From: Anthoceros angustus
Taxonomy: Eukaryota; Plantae; Anthocerotophyta
Direction: 5' to 3'
Length of the DNA stretch: 64,000 bases
Assembly: GCA_010909165.1 (NCBI GenBank)
Contig: MU008197.1
Span: 310,001 to 374,000, forward strand
In this document: one piece after another, positions 62,883-64,000 of the stretch
Numbering within the stretch: the stretch's first letter is position 1
Layout: each line of letters begins with the position of its first letter
Position numbers and translations under genes: made by a program
Notes under the pieces: model-generated
Seen by the model: the letters and a program-made list of their open reading frames with translations, nothing else
Database searches by the model: none
What the model was told of the DNA's origin: nothing

Positions 62883-64000
62883 GATACGATAGGTTCCGGG
62901 ACCTGGTGGACGCGGATCCCGCCACCCAGGTGATTGTGGGCAGCGATGGATGCGGCGGCGTCGATGAGGTCAGCTGAATTTATTGGATATAGACCTAGTG
63001 ATGTGAGAACGGTGGTATGTGCTGGTTGGTCGTGGCGACTGGCGACTGATCCGAGGGATTGTGGTGCATCCGGATCCGTGTGTGGTGATCGGAGACGGCG
63101 TGATCCAGTTCCGGGTCGGGCAGAGAGTGACGCCAATCATCTTCCCCAGATACTTGAAGGACGCGCAGGGGTCGTGGCAGGAGTACCTTGTGGTGGATGC
63201 TGCGCACGTGTTTCCGATCCCTGAGAGCGTGAGCGACGAGGCTGCCACGCAGTTCGTCGTGAATTCGTGCACCGCTGCTGGCTTGTTGAAGGAGGTTGGA
63301 GTCCCTGCGGGCGACTTCGTGCTGCAGACTGCTGATTCCTCTGTGATTGGAAGGTAACGGGCCCGATCGATTTGTCCTTTTCGATTCCAATGATGTTGTC
63401 TACGGGATGGGGACGAGGGATTGCCTTGTGTCATGGGCTCCCGAGTGTGAGACCACCACGTTAAATCTGAATGTGGGTGCTCAAAAAAATTCTGATCCAT
63501 GGGCTCAGTGCCTGATCATGAGGGGTGGATCGGAAGTGCACCCACAGGCAGGTGATTCAGCTGGCCAGGCACTGGGGGATCATGACTATCAACATTGTGG
63601 GGCGGGATACTGTAAAGGCGGAGTTGGACGCTCTCGGAGCCGACGTTGTCAACAATTCCTGCTGCAAAGGTTCATGAACTGAATTCATTCCAGACGCAGG
63701 ACCAGATCAAAAGCATGCATTTATGCAGCCTTGAAGTACTAGTTCCTCTGTCTCTGATTGTGGGCAACACGCCGCCGGTATCAGATGTGCTGCAGAAGGT
63801 CAAGGAAGTGACAGGAGGCAAGCTTGTGTACGCAGCGTTTGACGCAGTGGTTGGAAATATAACTCCGGTAACTTGTATATTCTATTTCGTTCTCTTTTCT
63901 CTTATGGTGGTTGCACAAAAATGACTTTAATTTATTGTAATTTGAATGCAGATGGTGGCATCGTGTGTGTGAGAGTTCGGGAGGCTGCTACTATCGGGGG
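62708..64000 (+). CDS. MDR-superfamily NAD(P)H oxidoreductase, enoyl-thioester-reductase-like (no Zn ligands evident); runs off the window; possibly pseudogenised
   Basis: Exons: 62708-62968, about 63088-63353, 63548-63669, 63785-63867, 63952 onward. Motifs: LLVRITMRAINPTDL, IVGSDGCG, GDGVIQFRVGQRV, GSWQEY, SDEAATQFVVN, GDFVLQTADSSVIGRQVIQLA, TINIV, VTGGKLVYAAFDAV. The exon 2 acceptor lacks AG and there is an in-frame TGA at 63970-63972. Confidence 0.85.

Noticed and set aside
1-64000. tRNA, rRNA or other structured RNA genes
   Set aside because: None recognised by eye; the only tRNA-related sequence is the PBS. tRNAscan-SE or Infernal would be needed to exclude them.

Overview
Eukaryotic land-plant DNA with short GT-AG introns and GC-rich exons; the organism cannot be identified, and a non-seed plant is only a guess. 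Three specialised-metabolism-type genes are present. (1) A 7-exon tri-domain diterpene synthase (1766-4994, minus) with an intact class II DLDD motif, a non-canonical catalytic-base region and degenerate class I motifs. (2) An 8-exon CYP85-clan cytochrome P450 (about 53525-56105, minus). (3) A divergently oriented enoyl-reductase-like MDR oxidoreductase (62708 to beyond the window end, plus). Together they form a candidate diterpenoid biosynthetic gene cluster. The roughly 48 kb between the synthase and the P450 holds no recognisable intact host gene. It contains an Athila-like Ty3/gypsy element with unusually long (about 4.1-4.2 kb) LTRs, two related solo LTRs, CACTA remnants, an isolated kinase exon, two diverged copies of an unknown protein and several 1-2.3 kb tandem duplications. 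Small indels are very frequent, often in homopolymers or GC-rich tracts, which suggests a noisy long-read consensus. Whether the three genes are functional or decaying cannot be decided from this sequence alone.
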